From: Eremomyces bilateralis CBS 781.70
Lineage: Eukaryota
Strand: one strand, 5' to 3'
DNA: 64,000 nucleotides
Assembly (NCBI GenBank): GCA_010015585.1
Contig: ML975167.1
Every line of letters begins with the position of its first letter. Positions within the stretch are counted from its first letter, which is position 1. A program made the translations under genes and the position numbers. The notes beneath the pieces were generated by a model, which saw only the letters and a list, made by a program, of their open reading frames with translations, had not been told where the DNA came from and made no database searches. This document shows positions 1 to 12,979 of this stretch, one piece after another.

Positions 1-90
1 AGTGCATAAACATCGTGAAATCCATATCTAGACCAAGTCCCGAATATCCTCATGGGGACGGACCGATCCAATCCTCCCCATCCATACCCT

Positions 91-718
91 TCACGAACTC
101 TCAGCTTTTTGGATTTCAGGGCTTTTTCGTAGCAATGGCGTCTTCTCAGTAACATTCCCCGATATCTCCCTCCTCTCCTCCTCCTTTCGCCTCCTCTCCT
201 CCTCCTTTCGCCTCCTCTCCTTCCTTTTCCGGCCCGCCAATTCCACCACTTCCATTCCCGGGCTCCTCTCCATCCGCTCGAAGAACCGCTGCGTCGCCCC
301 GGGCCAGCACCGCCTACATCCTGCGATGATCGCCCTATAGATGACGGCCCATCCGACTAAGACGATCACCATCGTGAAGCTGGCATACTGCAGAGTGCTC
401 CATATGGGATACGTGATCGACTGCGCAGGATTCCGGTACGGCGTATACCCGGATGTCAGGATGCAGAGAACGAACACAAGAACAGGAGGCAGCCCCAAAA
501 GGATGGCGCGCCATAGGGCGGGCCAGAAGATTTCGAAGGTTTCGCGGTAAGTAAGTCCGTCCCATGGATCGGGCTCTGCATATAAACATCGTCAACGGGG
601 TGGATACGGACATATGGGTAGCATATGACATACCGTCTTCGCTTTCCTCTTCCGCGGCACTACCTGGGTGGATTTCGGATCGCTCTAGATCTCTGGGGAT
701 GGTCTCCTCGACCGCCAT
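91..718 (-). CDS. Hypothetical membrane protein (2 predicted TM segments, charged C-terminus)
   Basis: ATG at 718 (MAVEETIPRD...). Intron 576-633 (GTATGT...GTTGAC...CAG) joins in frame to EPDPWDGLTYRETFEIFWPALWRAILLGLPPVLVFVLCIL, then a second hydrophobic stretch, a duplicated RRRKEEE and stop at 91. Confidence 0.6.
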
Positions 719-1105
719 GAAATTAGTCCTTGAGAGGCAGATTGTGGACCGTCCATATGCTTCAAATGGACGCTGTAATATTTGCTTGTCCTTCGATTTC
801 TGTCAGGATTCCACCTTTTAGTTAGGAAGGAGGTGGAGGATGACTTGGAGAGTAAGTTCGTCGAAATATTCCCCTCGAGTGGGTAGACCATGGGGTGGTT
901 CGCCTCGTATCCAGTTCATATGCACTGCGGCACGACTGCTTGGCAATAATGACCAGGCTGCAAAGTAATACCGGAAAAGCATAGAGAACGTACCTAGTCC
1001 ATCAGTACGTATAGCAATTGCTATATACTACCAATCCCAGCACATCCATAAACTCATAGCCACCATGTTATCTAAAGACGAACTCTAGTTGGAAGTAATC
1101 CAGTG

Positions 1106-2146
1106 CTATCTCCCTGGAACCTCCCCCGCTCCCCAAGCCCTCAACTCCTCCCCCGTCATCCCCTCCATCATCCGCTTATTCCCCTCCCACTTCGCAAACG
1201 CCGCCGCCTGCAGCAAACAATCACTCAAATCATCCAACTTCCCGATCCCCTCCTCCTCTCCCTTTTTCCTCCGCCCCTTCTTCCCCAGCTCCACAAACGC
1301 CCTCGCCATCTCTCCCGCCTGCCCTTCAAACCCCACCGTTATCCCCTCCCCCTCCCCCACCCCCTCCCTCACCCACCGCCCCACGACCTCCACCCTCCTG
1401 CTCTTCTCCCTTTTTCCTTTCCCCTTCCCCCCCTTCCCCCCCTTCTCCCCTCCAACCCACCACCCCACCACCCTCGCCGGACTCACCCCCACCACCTCCC
1501 TCCTTTCCCCATCCCCCATCCCCAACACGCTCCACAGCCCCATCTCCAACAACCCCACCCGCACCGTCCACTGCTGCACCGCCGCCGCCCCGCCCGTCCG
1601 CCACCGCTGCCGCTCGATCAACACCGCAGATGGCTTATGCGGACGCACCCATTCGTCCACCACCCGACGCGCGAGCGAGGCGAGCGCGGAGGGCGCGAAT
1701 GGGTCGGGGGGGAGGTATGTTGTTTGCAGAGAGTCGGAGGGGGTGGGGGAGGGCGAGGGGACGGCAGGGACGAGCTCGATACGCCGCCAGTGGGTGACGG
1801 TAAGGGATGGGGATAACGATGAGGATGCAGGGGGGAAGTCGAGCTGCGCGACGCAGATTCCCAGGTTACGGAGGCCGAGGTCGATGCTGACGATGGTGGG
1901 ACGGGGGGTGGGGGAGAGGCGGTGGAGGTGGAGGGCGGTGCGGAGATTGGTGAGGAGGGTGGGTTTGGTGCCGGTGGTCGGGGCGCCGAGGTGGTGGAGG
2001 AGGGTGCGGAGGTGGGTGGTGGGGAGGGGTGGGATGGAGAGGGAGTGGATGGGGTGGGTGGAATGGATGGGTCGGGTGGATGGGGGGGTACGGAAGGAGG
2101 GGGATGGATGGAGGGTTCGGGAGAGGGTAGATCTAGACGCGTTCAT
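1106..2146 (-). CDS. CCE1: Mitochondrial Holliday-junction resolvase, Ydc2/Cce1 family (SAP domain + RNase H fold)
   Basis: SAP-like LRTLLHHLGAPTTGTKPTLL; catalytic motifs IVSIDLGLRNLG, VLIERQRWR and KLDDLSDCLLQA; Arg/Ser-rich presequence-like N-terminus; intronless. Confidence 0.9.
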   Translation of the reverse strand: MNASRSTLSRTLHPSPSFRTPPSTRPIHSTHPIHSLSIPPLPTTHLRTLLHHLGAPTTGTKPTLLTNLRTALHLHRLSPTPRPTIVSIDLGLRNLGICVAQLDFPPASSSLSPSLTVTHWRRIELVPAVPSPSPTPSDSLQTTYLPPDPFAPSALASLARRVVDEWVRPHKPSAVLIERQRWRTGGAAAVQQWTVRVGLLEMGLWSVLGMGDGERREVVGVSPARVVGWWVGGEKGGKGGKGKGKREKSRRVEVVGRWVREGVGEGEGITVGFEGQAGEMARAFVELGKKGRRKKGEEEGIGKLDDLSDCLLQAAAFAKWEGNKRMMEGMTGEELRAWGAGEVPGR

Positions 2147-3021
2147 GATATAGAGGTGGACTGAGACTGGTAAGTATCAGGAAACGAAACGAAGAGACAA
2201 AGGAGTGGAAAGTAAATGTATGCGAGCGTCCTTCATTGGAACCATTAAGCAACACAAATCCTCCGGGATCACGGCAAGCATCCACTAATTACCACATTGA
2301 AGTGACAGGCAAAATCATCATATCAACTTTATGAAGGGATGCTGGCCACTCAACAACGACCTGGACGAGATGAAGTTGGACGCGTCGCCAATCATTGGAG
2401 AGCGCGTTTGCACGTGACAGCTCGACTCAAAGCTCAGGATGATTCTGGAGAATAGCACAACACATCGGATGGTCACGAAATCACAATCAATGGAGAATCC
2501 TCTCCAGCTCAGGTAAGTCCTTGTATCTGATATGCCATTATATGGATCCAGATACATCCTAATCGCAGCGGATCGCCACCACTGCTATATATCCAGACGG
2601 CGAGATGCCACGCATCCGCTATATGTTCCATGTCCGAAACCATGCACACCTGTTTCCTCCTCTATAAATCCCCCACTCTCCCACTCATTACCAACAAAGT
2701 GAGTCTTTTAGAATACAAAATATCAACAACCCGGGAGTCCAATCCTTCCACAGGACATAAATGTATCGATACGGCACCGGCAACGAAGCACGGTGCCCGA
2801 AGAAGAAAGCAACAAGCCGCTCGAGTCCCGAACGAGGTTCGAGAAGAAGGATGGAGCCGCCAAACGCAGTCGTGAGCGTCCCATAAGCAAACCCGCAAAG
2901 AACACCAAGCCTGTCTATTTATATTTCGGCACATCATATCCCAACGGCAAAGCAATCGCAAAACAGACACCGGAACCGCATCGCCTCTCGTGGGAGCAGG
3001 GAAGGTCGACGATCGTGCCGA

Positions 3022-5518
3022 TCACGACGGGCCTCGCATGTCCCACTGCGGCTTCAACTGTGCCATGAAATCGTCCTTCGTCCCGACCACCTCCCGCGGG
3101 ATCTTGCCGACCGCCGGCCCGCCGCGGATGGTGTTGAGTGCCACTGCCGACATGCCGGAGCGGTTCGAGCGGATGGAGCCGGCGTCCGACATGTTGTCGG
3201 CGTTGCGGAAGCGGGGGGGTGGGGCGAAGTCCAGGCCGGTGAAGGTGCTGGATTTGCGGAGTTGGTGGCTGGGAAGAGATGTTAGCGGGATTTCATGGTG
3301 GATGGTCACCGAAGGGAGGACTTACGGGGTTGGCATGGCGCTGAGATCGTCGAAACTGCTCGCTAGTGGCGTGAACGGTCGGACACTGGGGCTGTACGGC
3401 CTCTCGATACCCAGGGGCGAATCGGGTCTCCTACCCATCTGCCGATCACGGAATGATGTCGGTGGAGCGAAGTCGGTGGGAGTGAACACCAAGTTGTCCT
3501 CCGTGATCCTTGCTGGCGTCGGGAGGCTGTTCAGTGCTTTCGGTGGGGGTAGAGCTCGACCCGGTGGTGGCATGCGTCCCGATAAGGAAGACATGCCTCG
3601 GGGAGGAAGCTGGTGGTATCGATTCCCGACCGAGGACGCGCCCGACGTACGACTCTGTCCTCCGTTGAAAGAGCGCGGGGGACCACGTGGCGGAGGCGTC
3701 ATGGCGCGGCGACCCATGGGCTGTGCGTATGGAGCGGCGGGACGGCCGCGGTAATCGGGTTCGTAGTGATGAGCGTCGGGTCCATAGTACTCGGCACCAT
3801 AGTCTTCGTAGTATTCTGGACCGGCCTGGTGCGGACCGGCTTGGTATGGGCCGGTCTCATAGTAGTGATTGCGAGGAATGGGCTTGTTTTCGTCGAAATA
3901 CTCCTTGTAAAAGGAGCGAATCCGGTTAGCGCGCTCTTCGGGGTTTTCGACCACGTCGTCCAATTCAGGGAGGGGGCGGATGCCCATGGAAAGTCGACGA
4001 GGATCGAAGCCGTTGTCCTGAACGGTAAGGCCTTCATTGGCGTATTCTTCGACGACCGGAAGTGTGGACCTGTTGGCCTGAGACTGACGATAATCGTCGG
4101 GTGCGCCCTCCAGGGATCCTCGAGGCGGTGTCGCTGCCGTCAGTTTAAAAGCATCGCCATAGTCGCTCACACTGCTGGCCATGCTTGTCGTCTTGGAAGC
4201 ATAGTTTAATGACTGACCACGTGGCGGACGGGATGTTTCGGGCAAGCCTTTGGGTGGCATCGACGGAGCGACCTGCGGAGGGGACGAAGGGATCTCCGGA
4301 AGTGGTGCTTGTGGTTCTAGCCCTCTTGGCGGTTCCTTTTCATGGTCCTGGAATTCGTTTGGCGGTGATAGAGGCTTCGAATTGGTCTGGAACGAGTCCG
4401 ATAACTTGTCCTTATCGAAGTCAAAGGTCGGCAACGGTGCCTCTGACTTCATGTGAGCCGCGCTCGGCGGCATTGGGAACTGCTCATCGAGCGATGGGGC
4501 CGCGGAAGGATCCGCCGTGGAATGATCTGCCGTGGAGGGATCCCCACTATGGATAAAGCTGCCCAGGTAATTATTGCTCGCCCGAATCGCTTTGGCATTC
4601 TTGTCGAAGTACGAATCCCGCGCGGCATCGGCAGTCGGTGGAGCCAAACCAGCACGAGGAGTCCCGCCCGCATGCACGGGTTGCGGTGCTTGTGGTGCCA
4701 TCGAGTCGCCGCGTTGTGGAATCGAATGAGACATCCCCTGGGCATTGCGCATCAGATTGGCGGTGGACTCGGTACCAGCACTGGATCCCGTGAAGGTGGA
4801 GGCATTATCACCACGTACTCTGTTAGAACGGTAAGGACCGTCGTTGGAGCCAAAGGTAACGGGACGATAGGGATCGTGGTTATCGTGCATGGATCGTGAC
4901 AGCGAATGGATCGAGTCTCGCGAGCCTTGCACGGCAGCGGGAAGAAGGTAGGGACTTCCAACCAGATCCATCGACATACCACGACCTCGACCTCGACCTC
5001 GACCCAGAGCTTGCTCCGTATCGGTGATGGTCATTTCGGGGACGTTTCCATTCTTCCTCCCCTTCCTTTTCTTGCCGTCTGGATATCCGTACGATTCGCC
5101 CAAGCCAAAATCCAGGCTTTTGTGTTTGTCCTTAGCATCCTCCTCTCGTTGCTTTCTCACATGTCTTCGGTGTAGGAAGAAAAAGGCAACAATTGCGAAG
5201 AAGACGGGAATCCTGCAATTCTGTTAATGATCTCCTCCATTCCACTCGGGTGCCATAAACATACGCAACGGATAAACCGATGATCAACGAGGTATTACTA
5301 ACGGTTGGCAGCGGGCCACAGGTTCGTTCCTTCGGATCACACGTCTTGCTGGCTTCCTCTCGGGATGTCAAATCCGGCGTCCTGGGTACCAAGGATGGGG
5401 CCAAGAGCTCCGGTTCAGGACCCGGAAGCTTGGGTTCGGTAATGTCGGAGAAGATATCATCGAGTCCACGTCGATGGAGGTGGGAGTGCGAATGGGAGTG
5501 CATGCTGGCATGCACCAA
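3022..5518 (-). CDS. Single-pass membrane protein with long Pro/Ser-rich cytoplasmic tail, probably Skg6/Tos2-like
   Basis: Three exons, introns 5213-5264 and 3269-3325. TM helix LIIGLSVAIPVFFAIVAFFFL followed by HRRHVRK. Conserved-looking blocks EERANRIRSFYKEYFD, LPTP and LRKSSTFTGLDFAPP. Family assignment is from memory. Confidence 0.75.
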
Positions 5519-7716
5519 AGATGTGAGGGTAGATCACTGCGGTGTAGGATACGGGGAGGCAGGAAAGCAGCACGATCGCTGCGATTTGGGTGTCCTCGAC
5601 GGGTTTAGGAGGGGAACATTCGTGAATCCAGTTCCAAACGAATGCCAAAAATTGTTCAATCGTTTCCTCGGGGCGTGACGGTCGTGATGGGATCGGAGGG
5701 AAGTAAAATCGGGAAAACGACGAATAGATTAGTAGCAATAATGATGCTGCATACGCGACAATTAACAGAAAAGGAGTGACGGTCGTTCCCAACGAACGGA
5801 AGTCAAGGTAATCAAGGAATGAAAGACTCGGGTGAGTTTAAAGAATAGCGGAGGACCGAACCGCGTGGGAAGACGAAATCAAGAATAACGAGTGAAGACT
5901 CTGAAGAGAGTTGGATCGGTGCCGAAAGGAGTGGACGGATGAAACATGAAGAAGTAGAGAAGTGAGAGCGAGAGAGAGAGAGGGTGAGGGCAGGAGGTGT
6001 TCTGGGGTGTGGTGTCAGGTGTGCGGTGTTCCTAGTAAGTAGTGGTAGTATGTGTAAGAGCCGGAGAGGCGATGACAGGAATGGCCATGGCGGATAGTGA
6101 ACTGGTTTCTGAGCAAAGGAGGTCTGGCTCCTCACTCCTGGAGTTCTGGCTGTTGGGAGCGTCCTGGGCTGCGTCCGCCTGAGGCTTGAGTGCTTGACAG
6201 CTCGAATGAAGCAGGAACGACTGAGGCTCGGACGGCCCAATGCCGCTAGACAGGGGATCATCCCCGATTTCATTTGACTCGGCGGACCCGCGAGCCCCAA
6301 GCGCGGCCAATTCGGCCAATCAGTAGTCGTTATTTCTGACATCCAAATTCCAATCTGCAAGGGCGACAACCCCGGTCGGCTGCCAATCATACAGGCGATA
6401 GGTAAAACACTAAAACTGCGATTCATGGAGGACAATCAAAGAAGCATGGAGTATATACTATGCAGTGACACGGATTCGATAGATTTGTGTAATCATCTCA
6501 TTACAAAGGCATCCAAACATTGTACCCAAACAATTGTACCAACTACCATCGTGTACTCGAAAGCTTGATCTCCGGTATTCCATCAAGGGCGGGTGACTTT
6601 CCAGTAGCGTCAGGTACGCTTCCTTAGCGACTTGGCACCGGGGTCCCCCTGTGGTTCCCATCATGCTGACACGCCCGAGTCCATTGGGGACACACATCGG
6701 TATGGTTCTTGCATGGGCACATTCCACTTCATCTCCAGTCCAATTTCAACGTCTGGAATCACTTGGAAAGATTGCAAAGGCCGATCTCAACCCACACGTT
6801 GAAAAATACTACGTAAGCAACCGCGACAAGAAGCTCTTCCGGAGCTTGCCTATCGTGGTTCGCGGGGTTCTCCACGCTTGCCAATCAGATTCAAGCATCT
6901 CCAAGCGACCCCGATTGCAACCAGCACAGCTTAAATAGGATCGCCCGGCTGTCAAGTCGGCTTGGCTCTCCTATCTAATAATAAGAATCGTCCGTCCACC
7001 GGTAATCATATTGGAACTTTTTGGCGCGTTTCACTTTCATGGTGGATTGTGAGATTCCTTTGATGAACTTTCAAAGGCAATTGAGTGAATTTGTCCGTGA
7101 GTCCGTTGTGGGCTTGCGGGTTTGCGGCGCTTTGTTGAACGGGCGATTGCACGCACTACGGAGGACGGGTCTCACAGATGACACAGAATGACAGCAGGGA
7201 ACCCACCTTCCCCTGAGCAGGACCACTTCTGCCAGACTGCCGCTCACCACGAGGTCCTCGATGATCTGGTGGAGCAGGTGCATGTGAGCGATATTCACTT
7301 GATGCCTGATAGGCCATGCAGATGAAGTATCGAAGATAGATGTCGATCTTATGAATTATGAAGAATCGACTGCGGTATCATTCCTCTTTGACAGGTCGAT
7401 ATCAATATCCTCTATTTTTCGGTTTTGGCATTGTCCCGTACCACAAAGACGCATCTGACGCAAGGGCATGAGACATCAATTTCCTCCGCTCTAAGTGGGC
7501 CTTTGCTTGCTGACAATAATGACATCCTGCTAAACCACCATGTTGCTTGTGCGATCACGGAATATGGTGGACGGTAAAAACAAGAATCCGAGTTAGGCAT
7601 AAGCAGCCAATGCGATGGTCTATTCTGATCGAGCAATTGATCCTTGAGTGATATCTCCGCCAGCTTTTGTACGCCCAACGAAACCTCACCATCCCAAAGC
7701 GTCACTACCCAAAGCA

Positions 7717-10700
7717 CTACCCGAGCACCGCCAACTTCTCAAATTCCGTCACTAACGGTGGCGCCTTCTTCTTCCCCAGCTCCTCCAACGTCTCCATCAA
7801 CACCCGATCCCCACTCGACATCCCCTCTCCCTCCATATCCCCTCCCCCCTCCACCGCCTCCTCCACCTCAAACACCTCCCCCAAACACCCCCGACACCCC
7901 TCCACCACCTCCTCCATCGCCCGCCCCACCACCCGCGCCTGCTCCCGCATCCGCCTCCTCACCAACCCCTCCCTCAACTTCCCCACCTCCTCTCCCGTCG
8001 CGTTTACCCGCTCCACCAGCCGCCGGATCGAACTGACCAGGTACTCCTCCTCGTACACCGTACCCTTCTTCCCCCGCGCCCGCTTCCGCTCCTCGCGCCG
8101 CCGGTTCTTCGACGTCCGCCGCGACGTCCCCGTCGCGATCGTCCCCGTCACCGCCCCCGTGTACCGCGTCATGAACGTCCCCGTCGTCGACGCGTCCGTC
8201 GGCGCCAGCGAGATGTTGTCCGGGATGTCCGCCGACGTCTCGCCCTCGTAGAACGCGAGCGGGTCCTCAGATTTCTTCTGCCGCAGGTCGCGGAGCCGGG
8301 GGACCTGTGCGGCGAGCTGCGATTTGCAGTCCGCGAGGAGCTCCGTCGTGGAGGCGAACGCGTCGGCGAGGCCGGGGTCGATGATGGAGGCGAGGAGCGC
8401 CGGGCGGTGGGCCTGGGCGATGAGGCGGATGGCTTCGGCGAAGTGATTGCCTTTGCAGAGGAGGCGGAGGGCGCCGTCGAGGTCGTGGAGGTAGTCGAGG
8501 TGGATGCGGGCCGCGGGTTGATATTCTTTGGATTCGGTGAGCGCGTCGGCGAGGTCGGTGGCAAGGGAGGCAATTTTCGTGGAGGGTTGCTCGTCAAGGC
8601 ACGCTGCTGACAATGCCTCGCGCCACATCCCCGCGGATTTGAATGCGTCGGACGCGGAGGCGTAGTCGCCGAGATACTCGTATGCTGTTGATGTCAGTTG
8701 TGATCGAATGCAGCCGGGGAATCAACTCACCGAGTCCTGCAGACTTGAAATCCGGTTTCTCGCACAGCCAATCGGCCTGGATCCGCACGATCTCATCCAG
8801 CCGCTCCTGCTGATACTTCCAAAGCTCCAACGCATTGGAATAGAGCTCGTGTCGTTGCACGTAAACCTTCGCCTCCTCGAACTCGTTCATCGAATGGAGG
8901 TGTGTCAGCGCCTTCCCATGTCGATCCAAATGCTCATCGATGGTGAACTTCCTCCGTAGTTCGGACATTTCCCGGAGACGTTGAAGGAACGGGAGGTACT
9001 CGCGCGGGTCTTTCTGCGACTGTTGGGCGATGAGGACGGCGAGTTCGAGCTCGTACATGCCTAGTGCCGCATCGTACAGTCGGTTGGGGTCCGCGAGGAA
9101 GGAGATGTGCTCGGCCGCTTGGTCGGCGAGCTCGGCGTCGGTGCCTAAACGTTGTGGTTAGGTGTATATACTAACAGTGGAGGGAAGAGACGCACCTTGA
9201 AGACCGCTTACGATCCGCAGCCCACCTTCAAGATCAGGGGGCGACATGCAGACATATGCGGAAACAATGTTCTGCAGGTGTTTATCTGCCCGAGGGCTGA
9301 GAACGGTAAGAAATGCCTTGCATATCCTGTTGACCTTGGATTCGGTGTAATCGATAGTCTTTCCATCACGAGTGTCTGTGTGACCATTCGTCAGAGCATC
9401 TGCGTTGTTCGGATGACCGGCTAATGTATCTTTGTACATCGTCGTGGAGACATCCTCGTTCCTATCGAACTGTCAGCGGAACCGAACGTTGCGTCATACA
9501 AAATCTACCGTACCTCAAGTGAGACAGAAACAAATCGATATGCTCGACCGCTTTAACCTGATCCACAAAAAGCGCAACATTACTCATGAACTGCTCCGGT
9601 GCGTAGTCATGGATGATGTTCATATCCACCCGGTGCACTCGACACGACCGGAACGCATCACCGTAGTTCTTTCGGTCCAGGCTACTCCGTATCCCCGCCA
9701 CGACCAGGGCTCGCGGGTAAATCGTCTCAAGATTGCCTCGCGGCATCTGCAGGACGACCGAGCACGCGCTCGGGATAACGGTCACGATTCGAGCGCCGCG
9801 TTCAATGCTGCGACATCGTTCGTCGGCTTCGGGCTCATCTCCTGGGACGGTGAGGTCTGAAGGGTGTCAGTGCGGTTGAAAGGAAGAAGAACTTCGGCGA
9901 AATTACCTTGCAGGGTTGTTAGGTGCACGAATTTCAGGAGGTGAAGAGTGGTCGTGAAGATGAGATGTGACTCGGTGATGGTGAAGGACGTGCAATTCCG
10001 TGATAGTTTTCGATCGTTTGCATACAGGACTCCGTCCTCTCCTAGTCCAAATGCGATATACTGTAAAGAAGACGTCAGTCACTAATCTGAAAGGACTTGA
10101 GCGGTTATCTTACCTCCCCCTCCACACGGGTTCCTTTTTGCCAGTCGATATTCAGTGGCAATCCAACCATAGACTTGACCGTAATCCACCCGGTCTCTTG
10201 CTCTTGCTTTTTAACCACTTCAATCCCCTCTTGGCCCCAGTCAGCCGATACCCAAAGCGTACTATCGGCTGGATCACAGAAAATGCCCGAAGCAGATTTG
10301 AACCCCATGTTCTCTCTCGCCTTGGGATCGGGTCCATTGCAGTAGTAGATCCAGCTTTCTCCGTACCCCGATTGGCAGAGTACATAAGCCCGCCCTTGCG
10401 AGTCCATTGCGACTTGCTGGGCATGGCCAGCTGATCGGGGCAGTTTATACGTTTCTTGCCGTACGGGTGCGACAATTGACCTTTTCGACATATCCCACGT
10501 CATCAAGGTGACGCTATTGGTGTGCAATGCAGCTATCCCGCCCCCATCCGGACTTATTGACACGTCGAGGATACTTGAGTCGGTGTCAACGTCGTGAAGA
10601 GCCATCGGGGGAGGGACATTCGCATATCGAAGCGGCGTGAGTTTGAGCGTCTTCCCGTCAATTACCGCCACGGCTCCAGCATCTTTGGGCGTTGCGGTTG

Positions 10701-11862
10701 GCCCTTCGCAGACGGCAAAAGCGAATTCAATCACCTTCATGCGGATGGAGTCGTCTTCCATGCCTTGAGGGTCGCTATACGTTTCTCCTAGAGCCAGGCA
10801 AAGTGGCTTTTCCGGATGCCAGCACGCTTGCGGGTTGGCACCGCCAAGAAGGAGTTCTTGCTTCAGATAGTAGTGGTAGTTTCCCATCGTCCATAGCTGG
10901 ACGCGGTCGGCGAATATGACGGCAAGGACGGTGGAATCGGGATTCCACGCGAGCTTGATGGACTTTCCCCACGTCTTTGCTTCGGCTGGGGAAAGACGGA
11001 GGGGAAATTCGCCATGGCGAAGACCGTTGCGCTCGAAGAAAACGACATCGATGCGATCGGCGAATCGTTGGATGCCAGCAATCAGATTTCCTGCAGGTCG
11101 CCAACTCAATGCCCCTTCCAGATAGTCGACCGGTTCGCTGACGCTCTCAAGGATGCCTTCTCTTGAGTACACGCGGATCATTCTTCCGCGACCGGGCTCG
11201 ATTGAGTTGACAGCAACATATTGACCATCTCCTCTCCAGCTGACTGTAACCGTTCCATCATCATCTGGGCTCAGTAGACCTTGATCGACTTTTTCCGGGA
11301 CAGTGGGGTCTCGCAGCGCCTTGGCTCTCTTCCCTTTGAACTGCGTCTCTGCTTTACCCCAGCCGACCGAGACATGGTTGGAAACCTTCGTATCCTCGGG
11401 GTTTAGCGTGACGGTGGTAAGCAGGTCGAATTCCCGGGTCATGAACAGCAAAGTCCTTGCTCTTGTGGAGAGAATCACGATCTCCTCATCTGGCGACCAC
11501 GCCGCCGCATCAATTCCTTCGTCCACGGACCCAATGATCCCGACACGGGACGTTTCGGCACTGGCGTCATCGTTGATCAATTCAATATCCCCTTTGGAGA
11601 ATATCACACTTATGGCACTCTGATCGACCAGGTAGTGAACATCGATGACTTGGTCGCCCCCGCGGTCGTCAAGCGTCAAATATGGCTCCGGTTCGTTGTC
11701 GCCCGTTATTCTGCGGATTTCAACGATTTCGAGGTCCTCCGAAGGACCAAACGCTCCGATACAACCATCGTTGGAAGCATCCCACGTTAAAGCGCTCCAG
11801 GGCAGTGGAGCTCCGAAGTTGACACCACGAAACGTTTGGCCAATATTTCTCAGGTTTCGCAT
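7717..11862 (-). CDS. ELP1: Elongator complex subunit 1 (Elp1/Iki3)
   Basis: Starts MRNLRNI. Motifs SVGWGKAETQFKGK, SWRGDGQY, FFERNGLRHGEF, VLQMPRGNLETIYPR, AQQSQKDPREYLPFL, RARGKKGTVYEEEYLV. Introns 10061-10113, 9857-9906, 9462-9513, 9145-9195, 8685-8730. Confidence 0.97.
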
Positions 11863-12024
11863 TTTGCTTGCTATCAAGACACGATGAAGAGCTGGGTATG
11901 GCCGTAATCCTCCAGCAACATATTGAAAATTAAAATATTAGGTGTAGACGGAGATCGACCATAGACAATTTTTGTGGAATATTTTACATCTGCTACAGGC
12001 GATGATTCAATGTTTCGGATAGAT

Positions 12025-12030
12025 CACGTG
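12025..12030. promoter_or_regulatory. E-box TCACGTGA (bHLH/Cbf1-type site) upstream of ELP1
   Basis: Palindromic TCACGTGA about 160 nt upstream of the ELP1 ATG; CACGTG recurs in several other promoters of this window. Confidence 0.4.
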
Positions 12031-12219
12031 ACTGATCTATATACCACGAAATTCACTCCCAAGCGGTCATTGACAAGCACGACGGTGTTGCTCCAGTTGA
12101 ATAAGGTAATATCTTCATTCCTCTATCTATGCCATCAAGTTTTGTACATGTCCAACCAGTAGAGCGGTTATCACCACAGCATCGGTACCGCGGTAACGGG
12201 AGGAATCGGGAACGAAGAT

Positions 12220-12592
12220 TTATTTCGGCTTGTACGTTTGCCACACTATACAGGTGTAAGCTCGGTGAACATAATAGCACGACAGCATCTGCATTGCAGA
12301 ATACATACCTGCGATTCCGAAAGGAGCACCGAACCCGACAGCTAGACACGATCAGTAGAAGCCCAACGACGTCTCAAACCGCGAACCTACCCATGAATCC
12401 CCAGTACTTGATCGCGAATCCCCTCTTCAACGGGTCAAAAGGAATGTTGCTTCGTGGTCCCTCGGGGTAATGGAATGGACGATATCCAGGGGACTCGATG
12501 TCTCGTGCTCGTAACCGCGTAGCGTGGAAGCCGCGGCGGGAGACCTGTTGCACGGCCTTGGCGCTCGATCGGGAAACCGTGGAGGACAACAT
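12220..12592 (-). CDS. COX8: Cytochrome c oxidase subunit VIIc (yeast Cox8)
   Basis: Presequence ending RRGFHAT, then HYPEGPRSNIPF. After introns 12342-12390 and 12246-12308 the C-terminus reads KYWGFMAVGFGAPFGIAVWQTYKPK*. Confidence 0.9.
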
Positions 12593-12979
12593 CTATATCT
12601 GTCAGCACATGGCTAGGGGGTCCTCCATTGGAAAACTCACCTTGAGAGTAATTGGGTTCGTGATGCGGTTGAATCTTCCTGACGGTTGCTGTCACAGGTG
12701 AAGTCGGATGGGGTGATGAGCAGAGCTGCAGCTTGAGAGGCGGCAGATTGTTATTCCATAGCCGACGTTCAGACCCCTGTCAGTTTTCGACACCCATGAC
12801 ATCCATGTCGGATTCTGCGCGGTGAATGTGAGCCACTCATATAAACTTTGTAAAGATCCACCACCGCCAAATTTTCCGGTTTCCCCGATTCGGAATTGTT
12901 TATATTCCGCAAGATCGAGGTGAAACATCCTGCTGCGTGCATTGAGACCAGTCTTCTGTCCTCAGGGCGTCACGGGACC

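Noticed and set aside
1089..2153. 354-aa and 237-aa + strand ORFs over the resolvase gene (similar shadows at 7644-8251, 17409-18200, 23974-24756, 26970-27608)
   Set aside because: Antisense or alternate-frame shadows of real genes; the GC-rich skewed sequence depletes stop codons and the products are low-complexity.
12896..12979. TTG-initiated N-terminal extension of Mtr4 (likewise GTG 55198 for Tcp11 and 11877 for Elp1)
   Set aside because: Artefacts of alternative start codons in the ORF track; the family-typical or first ATG start lies downstream.
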